Below are positions 36,091 to 47,517 of a DNA stretch of 64,000 nucleotides, one piece after another; within the stretch, counting starts at the first letter, position 1, and every line of letters begins with the position of its first letter. The stretch is from Eledone cirrhosa (Eukaryota): positions 10,168,001 to 10,232,000 of the forward strand of contig OZ024749.1 of NCBI GenBank assembly GCA_964016885.1. The letters are read 5' to 3'. The translations under genes and the position numbers were made by a program. The notes beneath the pieces were generated by a model. The model was not told where the DNA came from, made no database searches, and was given only the letters and a program-made list of their open reading frames with translations.

Positions 36091-36593
36091 TTTCACTTAT
36101 CATAAAATTCTCTAAAAAGGCTACATGAAAATTTAATGAAAACTTGTTCACGTGGCAGCCATAATTTCATTTAAAACCAACCCCCAAAAATCCTTCGTGA
36201 GCCCCTTTTTTCAAGTAAAAAGAAATTCAAACACTCATATATGAAAAAACAACCTGTGACAACCCCCCCCCCCCCCCCCCCCCCCCACTCTTATTTGAAG
36301 AACTATTGTAACGCGAACTGGCGCGAAATTTATTATAATTATTGACAAACCAATCAAATTACTTCTCGAAAAACCTGGCATTTCGAGCCACTTTTTCCAT
36401 ATAAAACAAGTAACATTCAGAGACCAACCAGATGTGAGAAAAACCACAGACCCTCCATCTCAACTCACCTTTTGAAAAGCAGAAGAACTGCGAAACCGGT
36501 AAAGGAACCAAATAAATATATATATTTTTTTTAAAAATAAGACTCTAGTTGCATTTTCGATTTCATCTCTTTTTCTTTATATATATATATATA

Positions 36594-37285
36594 CGAGCTA
36601 AATTGCCCGGGTTACCGCTGTTCTTATTCAGATTAGTAAACAATAAATATGAAGATGTAGTTTTTTTTTCTCAAAAATATCTATATTTTATTTTTTAAAT
36701 ATCAAAATTGTAATGATAATAGAATTTAGAAATGGAAATCTGTCAACCTTAGGGTAAACAATATCCGTTGTGTAATTCATGTATGTGTAGATGTGTGTGT
36801 ATTTAATAACATACCCATTGAACGCACAAACACACACTCACTCACAGACACATACATATTCATATACAAACTGTGACGTCCTATTTTTATAATTCAAACG
36901 AAAATAAAAATGATCATACATACACTCACACACACTCACATATACTCACATACGTATACTAAGACACACTCACACACATGTATATGTATGTGTAGATGTG
37001 TGTGTGTTTAATTCTCTGAAGCCTAACATACATAACGAACGCACAAACACACACAGTCACAGACACATACACACTCATATACAAAATGTGAGTCGTCGTG
37101 GTTGTGGTTGACTATAAAAATATTATTTTAGATAAAATATTATATTGTTTTAATCCAAATGAAAATAAAAATTACATGTTGACACTCCCGGGGTCTAATA
37201 CTATTCCTTGTAAAATTTGATTTGATTTGGTCCAGCCGTCAGAGAATGCATAGGAACAGACAGACAGAGAGAGAGACAAAGAATT
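36594..37285 (-). mobile_element. Non-autonomous Helitron-like element
   Basis: Minus-strand 3' end CGGTAACCCGGGCAATTTAGCTCG|TAT (GC-rich segment, degenerate CTAG). The other end has (ACAG)n. Internal duplicated CA-rich block; (TA)n flanks. Confidence 0.5.
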
Positions 37286-37296
37286 ATATATATATA

Positions 37297-38300
37297 CTAG
37301 CCGAATTACCCGCGCCTTGCTGCATTTCACACATTTTTTTTTGTAAGAAAATGGTGATTGATTTTAAATCAGTGATATAATTTATGGAGAAAATCTCTGC
37401 ATTTCAATATTACTCAATGTAAAATGTAATGCATGAAAAATTGGAAAACATTATTTTTTGTGATATATCAAATCAAAATTACATTATTAAATCTTTTTCT
37501 TATTTTGTTTCTTGTAAATCATTTTTTCAAAATATCAATTCAAAACTTGATCATTTCATTTTTGTGTAAGGCATTATTTTCAAATTAGAAATTCAAAGTT
37601 TAATTATTTATTTTTTAACAATAAATACATGAAAATATATTTCATACTTTGTCCCAATGAAGAACTTCGGGATAAACAACATTTCTTGTCTTTCTTTGAT
37701 TGGCTAAAATGTAGAGATGTTTTTGAAACAGCCACATAAAACATGTGGGTTTGTCAGATCTACACTAATAGTTTTGAAAGTTTGTCCTTGACTCTTATTG
37801 ATGCTCATAGCAAAGCATGGCCTCACTGGGAACTGCAGCCTCTTAAATGTAAAAGGCAACTCGCTATCACTTGGTATAAGTGGAATCCTCGGAATGAGAA
37901 GAGCTTGACCTTTGTAAGTCCCGAATATAATGGTTGCTTCAATCAAGTTCTCGTGCAATCTTGTTACAACACATCTTGTTCCATTTATTAGCCAAAATGT
38001 TCACTATAGGGGGTTTAACCCCCATTAGGGTGTCTTAATATTATTGAAATTTGCTGAAATTTTGTGAATAGACATCATATCTTGTCATTTACCTATGGTT
38101 TAAATTTCATATAAGTCGAAGGGAAACAATTTTCAGTGGATTTTGTGCCCCCGGGAACCCTTTGATTAAAATTAAATATACTTATCCAAGTACCCTTGGC
38201 AATGTAGTTTCAGAATAGATATGGTTATGGGGGTCTATCGCCAAAACCATAGGAGGAGTTCGTGATCAAACAAACAGACAGGAATTACAACTTTTTATAT
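37297..38300 (-). mobile_element. Internally deleted Helitron retaining the helicase C-terminus
   Basis: Minus-strand 3' end GCAGCAAGGCGCGGGTAATTCGG-CTAG|T. Helicase fragment at 37704-37990. Confidence 0.78.
37704..37990 (-). pseudogene. Helitron RepHel PIF1-like helicase C-terminal fragment
   Basis: LIPRIPLIPSD...PFTFKRLQFPVRPCFAMSINKSQGQT is the diagnostic Helitron/PIF1 motif. Confidence 0.9.
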
Positions 38301-40005
38301 ATATTAATGTACGAAATTGCATTCAAGGATGTGGCTGAATAGCTTTATAGATCCTGCCAATTTTTCCATGCATTTGCTGAAAGCACGAACAGCACGCCCG
38401 GGTCACTCTGTACAGCTGTTTATCATAAATGATAGGAAGAGCATCCAGTTGTAGAAACCATGTCAAAAAAGGATGAGAGGACTCGACTCTTCAGTTGTGT
38501 TAAAGATATGACGAACTCTCGAGTGTTGATGTGGGCATCATAAAACATCCCTACAGACCTGTCAACTCTCCCCGTCCGACGGGGAGATCTCCCACCCACT
38601 TAGGAATGGGTGAGAAATGACTTCTCTTGTGAAAATGTGTATATCTTTCATTATGTAAAATCTCCCCATTTTGCTTCATTTCTCCTCGTTTTGGGGCATT
38701 TTTTTTCATGGTACTCCTCGTTAGATTTTGGCAAGTCTGCGCCCAGTACACTTTGTAAAGTGTTTGATGATAGGAAAGGCACCCCGCTGTACAAAACTTG
38801 CCAAACTGACGGTTAAAAAGGTGTTTCAGCTGTGTCGAAAACATAGCAACATCCCTACTGCTGGAGTCACAATAGCAAAATCTAACCTTTGCTATCAGGG
38901 AAATGGACGTTAAACGATGATGATACACATACATCATCATCGTCGTCATTATCTTTTGTAGAATACATTGTCTACTGTGCTCATTTCCTAACTTTTAAAA
39001 GCTTATGAATTTTATCCAACTATTTTGCTCATGGTCAAACTCCAGATCTCTTTGCCCTTAAAATCTGTCCAGTGACTCTTTCCTTAAACATTCTAACCTT
39101 ACAGTATGGTCAGATTTGTAGCAAGCAATGGCACTAATTCATAGCTGCGGAATAACTTGGCGTACTTTGTCACTTGCCAGCCCTTAGGCTTGGCCGTGTA
39201 GGAATAACAAAGTCGACTTCCGCCCAGCAGTTGCTTCGCGCCTTTTTTTACTTCTACCAAACAGTTGCGGTGGACACAAGAATTCACTAATTACATTCCC
39301 GGTCGATACTGGAGATACTAGCGCTTAAGATGTAGCGCTTGACAAGGAACTTTGGCCCTCTATTCACTCGAGTTGCGTTCCAGGTTTTGACCTGAGAGGA
39401 CCTAATGCAACTCGCTACTGAATTTTGTGCAGCTTGCTTCACGGTGAAACTATGTGTTAATTCGTTTTAAAGAGAATAAACCATTATTACAAGTTTGCAT
39501 ATGCTTACGGATTTTTTCATCAACTATGGAATCTATTACTAAACGTAAACACGCAGCCTACCAATTTATATCATACTTAATGATATCCTCTCCGTTATCA
39601 ATAGAGAATGCATATATGTATACAGACGTACAGTAGTATGTATATATATATACATACATGCACACATATATATATGTACGTATGGATTTACCGAACATTT
39701 ACATTTATTATAATGTTCGGTTTGTTTGTTTGTAAACAAATATATATATATACACTTGTATATATATATATATAGAAGTGTAGTAGAATAATCGAGTATC
39801 GAAAAATCGGCGCACGAGTTCACGATAAACAAAATTCGAAATGAGCGGCAGAGGGCTCAATAATTCAGATAAATCAGAGCTATAACTATCGTTAAAATAC
39901 CGACACACATAGAACATGTCTAAAATCAACCATACGACCGAAAAATTACGATCTGGAAGATTCGGGACACTCAGATAAAATATCAATAAATCAATAAATC
40001 AAATG

Positions 40006-40053
<48 letters not shown>

Positions 40054-42555
40054 TTCGCAACTAACTGCACCAGGGTTCCTGTTCCTCAGGGAATCACACT
40101 GTATGGTATACCTGTTGATATAGATCCAGCCCCTGCTTTCCCGGGTCCTGTTTCTGATCATAATGCAGCTACAAAAGCATCGAATGTTGATGAATCCTCA
40201 AATCTCAAGGGACGGGGTTCATCTGATGGAGAAGAAACAGGTCCTAACCAAACAACAAGCAAATCTCGCTTGGCTAGCTGTAAAAAGCAAATAATAGTTA
40301 GCTCCTTGAACACCAGAACCCTCCTTCCAACAGGTAGACTCCAGGAGCTGGCAGAGAATGCTAAACTTCAGAACATTGACATCCTTGCGGTCCAAGAACA
40401 CTGCTTTTTCCACCCAAAGGATGATCTCAAGTATCACACCCTAGGATCCTACCAACTTGTCACCTCTTCAGCCACCAGGAACCCTGTCAATGCCTTTGTC
40501 GGAGGAGTCGGCTGCCTTCTCTCATCTAAAGTCAGCAATAATCTTCTCATCCCATGAAAAGAATAGACTGGAAAGCCGTTTCTTCCAACAAACAACTATC
40601 CAATAGCTTCACACTTCAAGTCTATAACAGATTTCAATCTCTCTCAACTTCTGACATCAATGATGATAATATTGAGGATGTGTATGACTGTCTTAAGCAA
40701 TCAACAGAGGAAGATGCACTTGCCACCCTACCTAAAAAGAAAAGCCGAAGCCAAATGAAACCTAGTGCCTCAGAGAAGGTAGTTGAGGCAAGGGCCCATC
40801 TTAGGTCAATATCCCAATCTCACCATCAATCACCATCTCAAGGGAAAAAGATACAGCTTATCATGGCCAAAAAATCACTAGACGACGCTTATCTTAATGC
40901 TGAAGCCGACTATATCTCAGGTAGGATTGATCAGCTATCGCAACATCACATCAGCAAACACCATCATCTTGCTTGGAAGGTTGTCAAAGATCTTTCAGGC
41001 AAAAACTCAAACTCTGCAGTTAGAATCAAAGGAGGCTCTGCCAAAAAACGTCTTGAAAATGGGTCTGCTCATTTTAAAAACCTTCTAGGGAAAAAGTCCA
41101 GACTCCCTGATAACTATCAACTGCCATCCGTTCAGGTTTCAGAGCCTTTAGGAATCAACACCTCTCCTTTCACCATGCCTGAGCTCAAAGAAGCCATCAA
41201 ACAGCTCAAAGCCTCAAAAGCCTTTGGGCCGGATAATATACCTACCCTGATTTGGAAGGATGAGCATTTCCACATCCTTTTGCTCTCAACTTATGTAACC
41301 ATACTTTCGAGACCAATAAACCACCTAGCGTCTGGCATGCAGCTCAAATTATCCCCATGCCCAAAAAAGGAGATCTTTCTTTAGCCACCAACTATAGAGG
41401 AATTTCTCTCATGGCAATTGCTGCAAAAATATACAACAAGCTTCTTCTTAACCGCTTAATCCCATTTCTTGAGCCAATCCTTCGTAACAACCAGAATGGA
41501 TTTAGGAGAGGTAGATCAACACTTAGCCAGATTCTCTGCCTTCGCCGACTTATAGAGGAGTCCCAAAACCGCAATCTAGACCTTGCACTCATCTTTGTTG
41601 ATTTTTCAAAAGCCTTCGACTCAGTTGACAGGTCGGGGATGTTTGAAATTCTACAACTTTATGGGATTCCTGATAAAATCATCGCGGTCATACGTGTAAT
41701 GTATACAGATACCAAATCAACTGTCCTGACCCCAGATGGGGAAACACCACCTTTCTCAATCCTCGCTGGAATTTTACAGGGCGATACCCTTGCCCCGTAT
41801 CTATTTATCATTGTTGTGGATTATGTTTTGCGCATGTCTGTGGATAGGATTCAGGATAGGGGATACCAACTACAGCCTAGGAGAAGCTCACGCTACCCAG
41901 CAAAATACTTGACCGACACCGACTTTGCTGACGACATCGCATTGATCAGTCGGTCACTGGAAAATGCTGAGAGTCTTTTGAAGCCATTAGAGCAAGCGTC
42001 CAACTGTGTTGGACTGTACCTCAACGAATCCAAGACTGAGTATGTGAACAGATGCGCAAACAGCCCAAACTACCCCATCAGAAACCCTTAATGGTACCAC
42101 TCTTAAGCAGGTGGAAGATTACAAGTATCTTGGCGCATATATCTCCTCCTCCAAAAAATATTTTCTAACCAGGAAGGGTATGGCATGGTCAGCGTGCAAT
42201 GACATGCACGCCATATGGACATCTCAACTTACCAACAAGCTAAAACAGGAAATATTCCAAGCAACCATTAAGCCCATATTACTTTATGAATCCGAAACTT
42301 GGACACTAACATGTCCAAACTCCCTCGAGCCTCTGCCCTTCTAAAATCCCGGAGAGCTCAATTTGCTGGCCACTGTCACCGTGCCAACAATGAAATCATA
42401 TCCGCTCTCTTGCTCTGGAACCCTGACTCCAGCCTGACTAGGAGTAGGAAGCTGTCATTCCCTGACGTTATCTCTAGGGACAGGGAATTCTGAGGCATGA
42501 GAGTGAGATCCATCATCTCGACAGTAGTCGACGAATGATGATGATGATGATGATG
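40054..42555 (+). mobile_element. RTE-clade LINE, 5'-truncated, with internal deletions and frameshifts
   Basis: The APE N-half (SLNTRTL, AVQEH, GGVG) joins directly to the linker. RT motifs NYRGISL, QNGFRRGRST, FVDFSKAFDSV, GILQGDTLAP, FADD, YKYLG. (TGA)n tail; (TA)n flanks. Confidence 0.9.
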
Positions 42556-42574
42556 ATATATATATATACACAAT

Positions 42575-42716
42575 ATATAGATCAGTTTTATAAATAAATA
42601 TTGACATACCCTTAAAAAATGCAACCATTACTGTTGGAAGCTCCCGGGAGCTTCCAACAGTAATGGTTGCATTTTTTAAGGGTATGTCAATATTTATTTA
42701 TAAAACTAATCTATAT
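42575..42716. repeat. Loopless palindrome, ~71-bp arms, centred on CCC|GGG
   Basis: 42575-42645 is the reverse complement of 42646-42716 with 1 mismatch. Confidence 0.95.
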
Positions 42717-43340
42717 TGTATGTAGTTTAGAAAGCCACAACAATGCAGATGGGAAATCTCGAGGTAGGAAGTGAGTGAGAAATAGGAGAAAAGTGAAAAT
42801 TGAGAGAAACGAAAATGAAAACAAAACAAAGGTAGAAGGGTTACCGTAGTGGAGATTTAATCCCAATATTTCGGGCTCACGCCCATCAACGGGGGAAAGT
42901 TCCAAAAGGGGGGGGGGGGGGGGAACAGGCTAAGCTGGAGAAAGTTGTATTGTAGTTAAAACATAGGAATGCCATAATGGGGAAAATTCAAACGAGGGAA
43001 AGAATGCGCGTGCGCGTGATAGGCTGTGGCAAAAGCTACTGACCAATTGGGTTAAATCAATAGGGTGCGCTAGCGTGTGAAAGCCGTAAAATATGTGTGT
43101 GTAAATATATATGTGTGTGTAACTGTGTGTGTATATGTGTATGTGTGTATGTATGTGAGTGTGTGTGTGTGAAAGATAGTGGGCCGTAGAAGCTGGAAAT
43201 CAAAGGGTGTGAAATGTGGTAGGTTGTATAAACATGTGTGCGTGTATAAATATAGATGTGTGTGTGTATGTGTATGGGTATACATATAAGTGCGTGTGTG
43301 TGAAAGATAGTAGGCCGTAGGCTGTTACTGGTCACTATGG

Positions 43341-45380
43341 TTAAATTAGCCATGTCAGCTCATTTCTCTCAGCCCGGTTGTTAAGTGGGGGTCTGAGGTT
43401 CTTAATAACAAGTGCTTCCTTTATCCTTAAGGATCCGATGCTGCGTTCAGTCGCTAGGACTGTGACCAAGGGTCTGCCCTGTGGGTTTCCGCATTTAAGG
43501 ATGTGTTTACGGAAGGAAGATGCGTTGGTGTTGACATGTTCCTTGATACGAACATGTAGGGGTCGGATGGTGCTACCTATGTAAAACTTGTTACATTTAT
43601 CGCATTGAATCTTATATACGACATAGGTGCGTAGGCAATCTGCCCCCCGTATCGGGCAGTTGCTGAGGGAACACGTCCCATCTGACTCGTCGGGTTTGTT
43701 GGAGAGGCATCTTCGGAGCGAAGGTCCTGTGTGGGCCAAATGTATGTCAAGTCCCTCCCTCCGTATGGCCCTGCGGATGGCGTTCGTGGTATATTCACTC
43801 AGGTGGGGGATTTTAAAGAAGCACCTGCTTTTATCTAAATTTCTAGTGGGTGTCTGTCTATTGGGTCTGGGGTCTCTAATTCCGTTAATCAGTCGCTTGG
43901 GATATCCATTAGACTTGAGTAGATTACGGAATTGCGTGGTATGGGTGAGACCACCCATCGGGTTGCTGCATCTATTAGTGATCCGTGTAAGTTCATTTAG
44001 GACATAGCCTCTCTTAGCGTTGTTGGGGAGGGCTGAGTTGTAATGCACAAATAAGTCCTTGCACGCTGCCTTGCGGTAGAAGGTGGTGTTTATGTCTCCT
44101 TCTTCCGAGATGTTGATACGGAAGTCGAGGAGGGCGAGTGACCCGTCTTCTCCAGGGTGTTCGATGGTGAAATCGACGTGATGGTCAGTGTCGTTGAAGA
44201 TTTGGTGAATTTCATTCGCCATCTCCCGGGAAGAAGTGAGTATCAGTATGTCATCAACGTATCTGGAGTAGAAGGCGACGGCGTTGGGTTGACAGGTGTT
44301 GAGTGCCTTGCGTTCCAGGTGGTCCATGTACGAGATCGCAAGTATGCCGGACAGACTAGAGCCCATAGGTAGCCCAGAGATCTGTTTGTACGTGTGGCCG
44401 AGGAAATTGAAGAATGCATTATCCACAACGAAGGAGAGGAGTTGGTGGATGTCCGTGTGTGTGAGTCCGAAGCAGTGTAAGTTAGATGCTCGGACTCGTT
44501 CGGTCAACAGGTCGACGGCTGGGGATGCTGGTACGGAGGTATAAAGGGCGACCACATCAAGACTGAAGGCATATCCGTTGTCCTTTCTGGTGTTGGGCGC
44601 CAGATGGTGTAGTCGCTCCAAGACCTCCTTTGAGCTGCAGACGTGGGCTGGTAGTGTGTGTAGAATGGGTTTCAGTAGTGTGGAGAGCAGCCACGATATT
44701 TTGTAAAGTGGGCCCTCCACGCTAGAGACAATGGGCCTGATTTTCAAATCGGGTCCTTGTTTATGGGTTTTCACCAGGTGGTAGAAGGTGGGTAGTTTGC
44801 TGTTTCGAGTCATTATGTTGTTTTTTTTTGTTTTTTTTACCTTCTTTGGCAGTTTTCGTTGGACACAGATGTTAGTCCATATGGTGTTAATGCCTTCCTC
44901 GATTAGAGTCGAGGAGGTCCCTGTGACTTTCGAGTAGAGGCTGTCGTCATTAAGATGTTGGAGAGCTAAGTTGTTGTAGGTCTCTCTCGAGATGACACAG
45001 AATTCTTTCCCCTTGTCAGAGGGAAAGTAAACAGGGTTCCTGGATCTTAGGTTGGTGAGAGTATTAAATTGTGCATTGGTGAGGTTGCGTTTATTGTGTG
45101 TGTGTGTGTGTTGGGAAAGGATGTTAGAGATAGAATGTTTCAACCTGAGTAGTTTAGTGTCAAGTTCGTGGTTGGTGGGTGGGGGGTGGAGTGGGTTGTC
45201 GAGGTGGTACGTGGGGAGTGTGGGGTGGGTTGTGGGGTTGTAATCGATCTCGGTGTTGTTTTGGATGGCGGTTAGCCATTTCAGTTGATACGCTGTCCGA
45301 CAGAAGTTGGTTTCGATGTCGAGTTTCAGTCTATCATCGAGACGCTGTGTAATGATGAACTTGGGTCCGAGGCAGGAGAT
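43341..45380 (-). CDS. Penelope-like element ORF: reverse transcriptase + GIY-YIG endonuclease (open frame ~679 aa, 5' end missing)
   Basis: LGPKF, SDKG, IRPIVS, SLDVVALYTSVP, YKQISGLPMGS, RYVDD, LDF; VVYKIQCDKCNKFYIGST...RIKEH...H; LN. The frame stays open ~79 codons upstream of the tracked TTG start. Confidence 0.95.
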   Translation of the reverse strand: MSCLGPKFIITQRLDDRLKLDIETNFCRTAYQLKWLTAIQNNTEIDYNPTTHPTLPTYHLDNPLHPPPTNHELDTKLLRLKHSISNILSQHTHTHNKRNLTNAQFNTLTNLRSRNPVYFPSDKGKEFCVISRETYNNLALQHLNDDSLYSKVTGTSSTLIEEGINTIWTNICVQRKLPKKVKKTKKNNIMTRNSKLPTFYHLVKTHKQGPDLKIRPIVSSVEGPLYKISWLLSTLLKPILHTLPAHVCSSKEVLERLHHLAPNTRKDNGYAFSLDVVALYTSVPASPAVDLLTERVRASNLHCFGLTHTDIHQLLSFVVDNAFFNFLGHTYKQISGLPMGSSLSGILAISYMDHLERKALNTCQPNAVAFYSRYVDDILILTSSREMANEIHQIFNDTDHHVDFTIEHPGEDGSLALLDFRINISEEGDINTTFYRKAACKDLFVHYNSALPNNAKRGYVLNELTRITNRCSNPMGGLTHTTQFRNLLKSNGYPKRLINGIRDPRPNRQTPTRNLDKSRCFFKIPHLSEYTTNAIRRAIRREGLDIHLAHTGPSLRRCLSNKPDESDGTCSLSNCPIRGADCLRTYVVYKIQCDKCNKFYIGSTIRPLHVRIKEHVNTNASSFRKHILKCGNPQGRPLVTVLATERSIGSLRIKEALVIKNLRPPLNNRAERNELTWLI

Positions 45381-45388
45381 CTATATTA

Positions 45389-45453
45389 TATTTTGTCTGA
45401 TGAAAGCACACCATAATTTAACTTGGTGTCCTTGAAATATGTATAATGAAATA
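45389..45453 (+). ncRNA. Type I hammerhead ribozyme, antisense to the adjacent Penelope ORF
   Basis: TATTTTGT CTGATGA AAG-C-ACACCA [10-nt loop] TGGTGT-C-CTT GAAA TATGTA TA^ ATGAAATA. Stem I 8 bp (2 G.U), stem II 9 bp. Confidence 0.82.
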
Positions 45454-45580
45454 AATATGGTTTTATAAATATAGTTTCCATTTGTTAATCTCGTATGTTT
45501 ACTCCAAATATTTGTTGAGTGCTTTATATCAGTTATAAAAATATTTGCTTGTTGTATCCCAACAATTTAAATAGAACTTT

Positions 45581-45646
<66 letters not shown>

Positions 45647-45986
45647 ACACACATACTGTCATGCTTAATCACACCTATACAAAATATCCATATTAAATAT
45701 CCAGTTCATAAAACCTATACACACACACACACCACCACCACCAATCAGAGAGATAAGAAAGCCAGAGTAGCTAGAACCAACGGCTGTTTATAAACGCGTG
45801 AGAAAAGGCTGCCTTTCATAAGTTGTCTTAAAGCGGCTCACTACTTCACTATTTAAAGTAACTGCGACATCATGTGTAAGTATTTAAATATATATACATT
45901 CTTGTTTGTTGGTATTTTGTTTAGGCTCCTGGTCTTTTTTCTTCAGATATAGTACATTTTCTTGGGCTACATTATACAATATCCCT

Positions 45987-46059
<73 letters not shown>

Positions 46060-46849
46060 GATGGATTCAGTTTGAAATTGGTTAGACCATTATTCGACAG
46101 AGTACTCTATACTTGGGGTAGGGTGTATGTATGTATATATGTTTTGGCCAGTGAACAGTGTAGCCTGCCAGGATTAAATTACATTAAATTATCTAATATA
46201 TTCACAGAAACACACGTGTACAGAGTATGGTTATATTATAGAGATAGAGCCGGACGGCTGAGCTGTTGTTGTTTCAACAGCTCTTCCATTATCTACGCCT
46301 TGTTAGATTCTGCCGTCATGCCTTGACCTGCGACCATTTGAATGGATTACGATTGTTGTCTTTAAACATATTGATCTGTAATTGATTATGGCGGAATTTC
46401 GGTTAAATTATGATTCCCTAAAAAAAAAAGTTTGCAAATTAAAAAACAGTTTTCGCTGTCGACCTCAGTGCTCCCTTATGATAACAAAAAGCTTCGATGT
46501 GGTCACTCAACATACTGGAAATAGCAGCCAAATCTCCCTCACCTCACACAACGAAGGACACATTGAACAATGTAGTCCTGGATAAATATCCCTTAACAAA
46601 CTATATTTTTTTCATGCTTACCTCACCTCATCCCTCCCATCGTTCTCTGCCATAATCTCTGGATTTTTAATTTTTTTTCCCCGAGCGGTGGGGCTAAAAT
46701 TTAAAACTTTTTTTTTTTTAGCTGAATAGTAAATGTTAAAAAACGCAGAATTTCTAATAAATAATTAAATGAATAAATAAATAAAATAAGTTGCAGCAAT
46801 TTCCTTGGGGTACTTATTCCGAAACTTTGCTAAAATGTTCATTGCTATA

Positions 46850-47485
46850 GCAGTGATTGCCAGAATCGGCAGAGCATCGGATAACATACTTTGCGACACA
46901 GTTACGGTCCTTTACGTTCTGGGTTCAAATCTTGCCGAGGTTCGCTTTGCCTTTCAGGATATCAGTAATGCACTGGGGTCGATTAATAGACTTTTCCCTT
47001 CCCCCAAATTGTTAGCCTTGTGCTTTTGATGAGTTGTAGTGCACCTGAGCACTGTACACAATAATTTCATTATTATTTTAGATAAAAAAAACATTATTAT
47101 TTGTCAGTAATCGGTAGAGGGTCGGACGCCATGCTTTGCTTCATAGAGTTACGTCCTTTTGCGGTCTGAGTTCAAATCCTGCCGAGGTTAACTTTGCCTT
47201 TCATCCTTACGGGGTCGATAAAATAAAATACCAGTAATGCACTGGATAATTGCTGGCATTGTGCCAAAAAGTAGAAACAATTATTATTAGTATCTCTAGG
47301 GTGGTGGATTGGCAATCTCGGTAGAGTGTCGGACATAGTTTGCGGCATAGAGTTACGGCCCTTTACGTTCTGAGTTCAAATCTAGCCGAGGTTAGCTTTG
47401 CCTTTCATCCTTATGGGGTCGATAAAATAAAGTACCAGTAATGCACTGAGGTCGATTTGATTGACTTTTGTGCTTAAAGTAGAAA
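46850..47485 (+). mobile_element. Cluster of three tRNA-SINE copies with a CR1 3'-tail fragment (47023-47077)
   Basis: A/B boxes and core at ~46850-47022, 47105-47289 and 47299-47485. TTTGATGAGTTGTAGTGCACCTGAGCACTGTACACAATAATTTCATT matches 34378-34424. Confidence 0.8.
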
Positions 47486-47517
47486 TCCTTGTTATCTCTT
47501 GTCTATGAACTCCAATC

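Larger units (their letters stand above)
42717..45583 (-). mobile_element. Penelope-like retroelement including 3' UTR and an inverted hammerhead module at its 5' side
   Basis: ORF as above, 3' UTR with (CA)-rich duplications, bounded by the palindrome and (TA)n. Confidence 0.8.

Noticed and set aside
37704-37958. Host PIF1 helicase exon
   Set aside because: It is frameshift-truncated and lies inside Helitron-type termini.
39775-39990. Possible Jockey-like LINE C-terminal remnant (RYFNDSYSSDLSELL, minus strand)
   Set aside because: Too short and degenerate to call without a search.
43341-43700. Selenocysteine-recoded (Naiad-type) GIY-YIG
   Set aside because: There is no in-frame TGA; the cysteines are ordinary codons and the stop is TAA.
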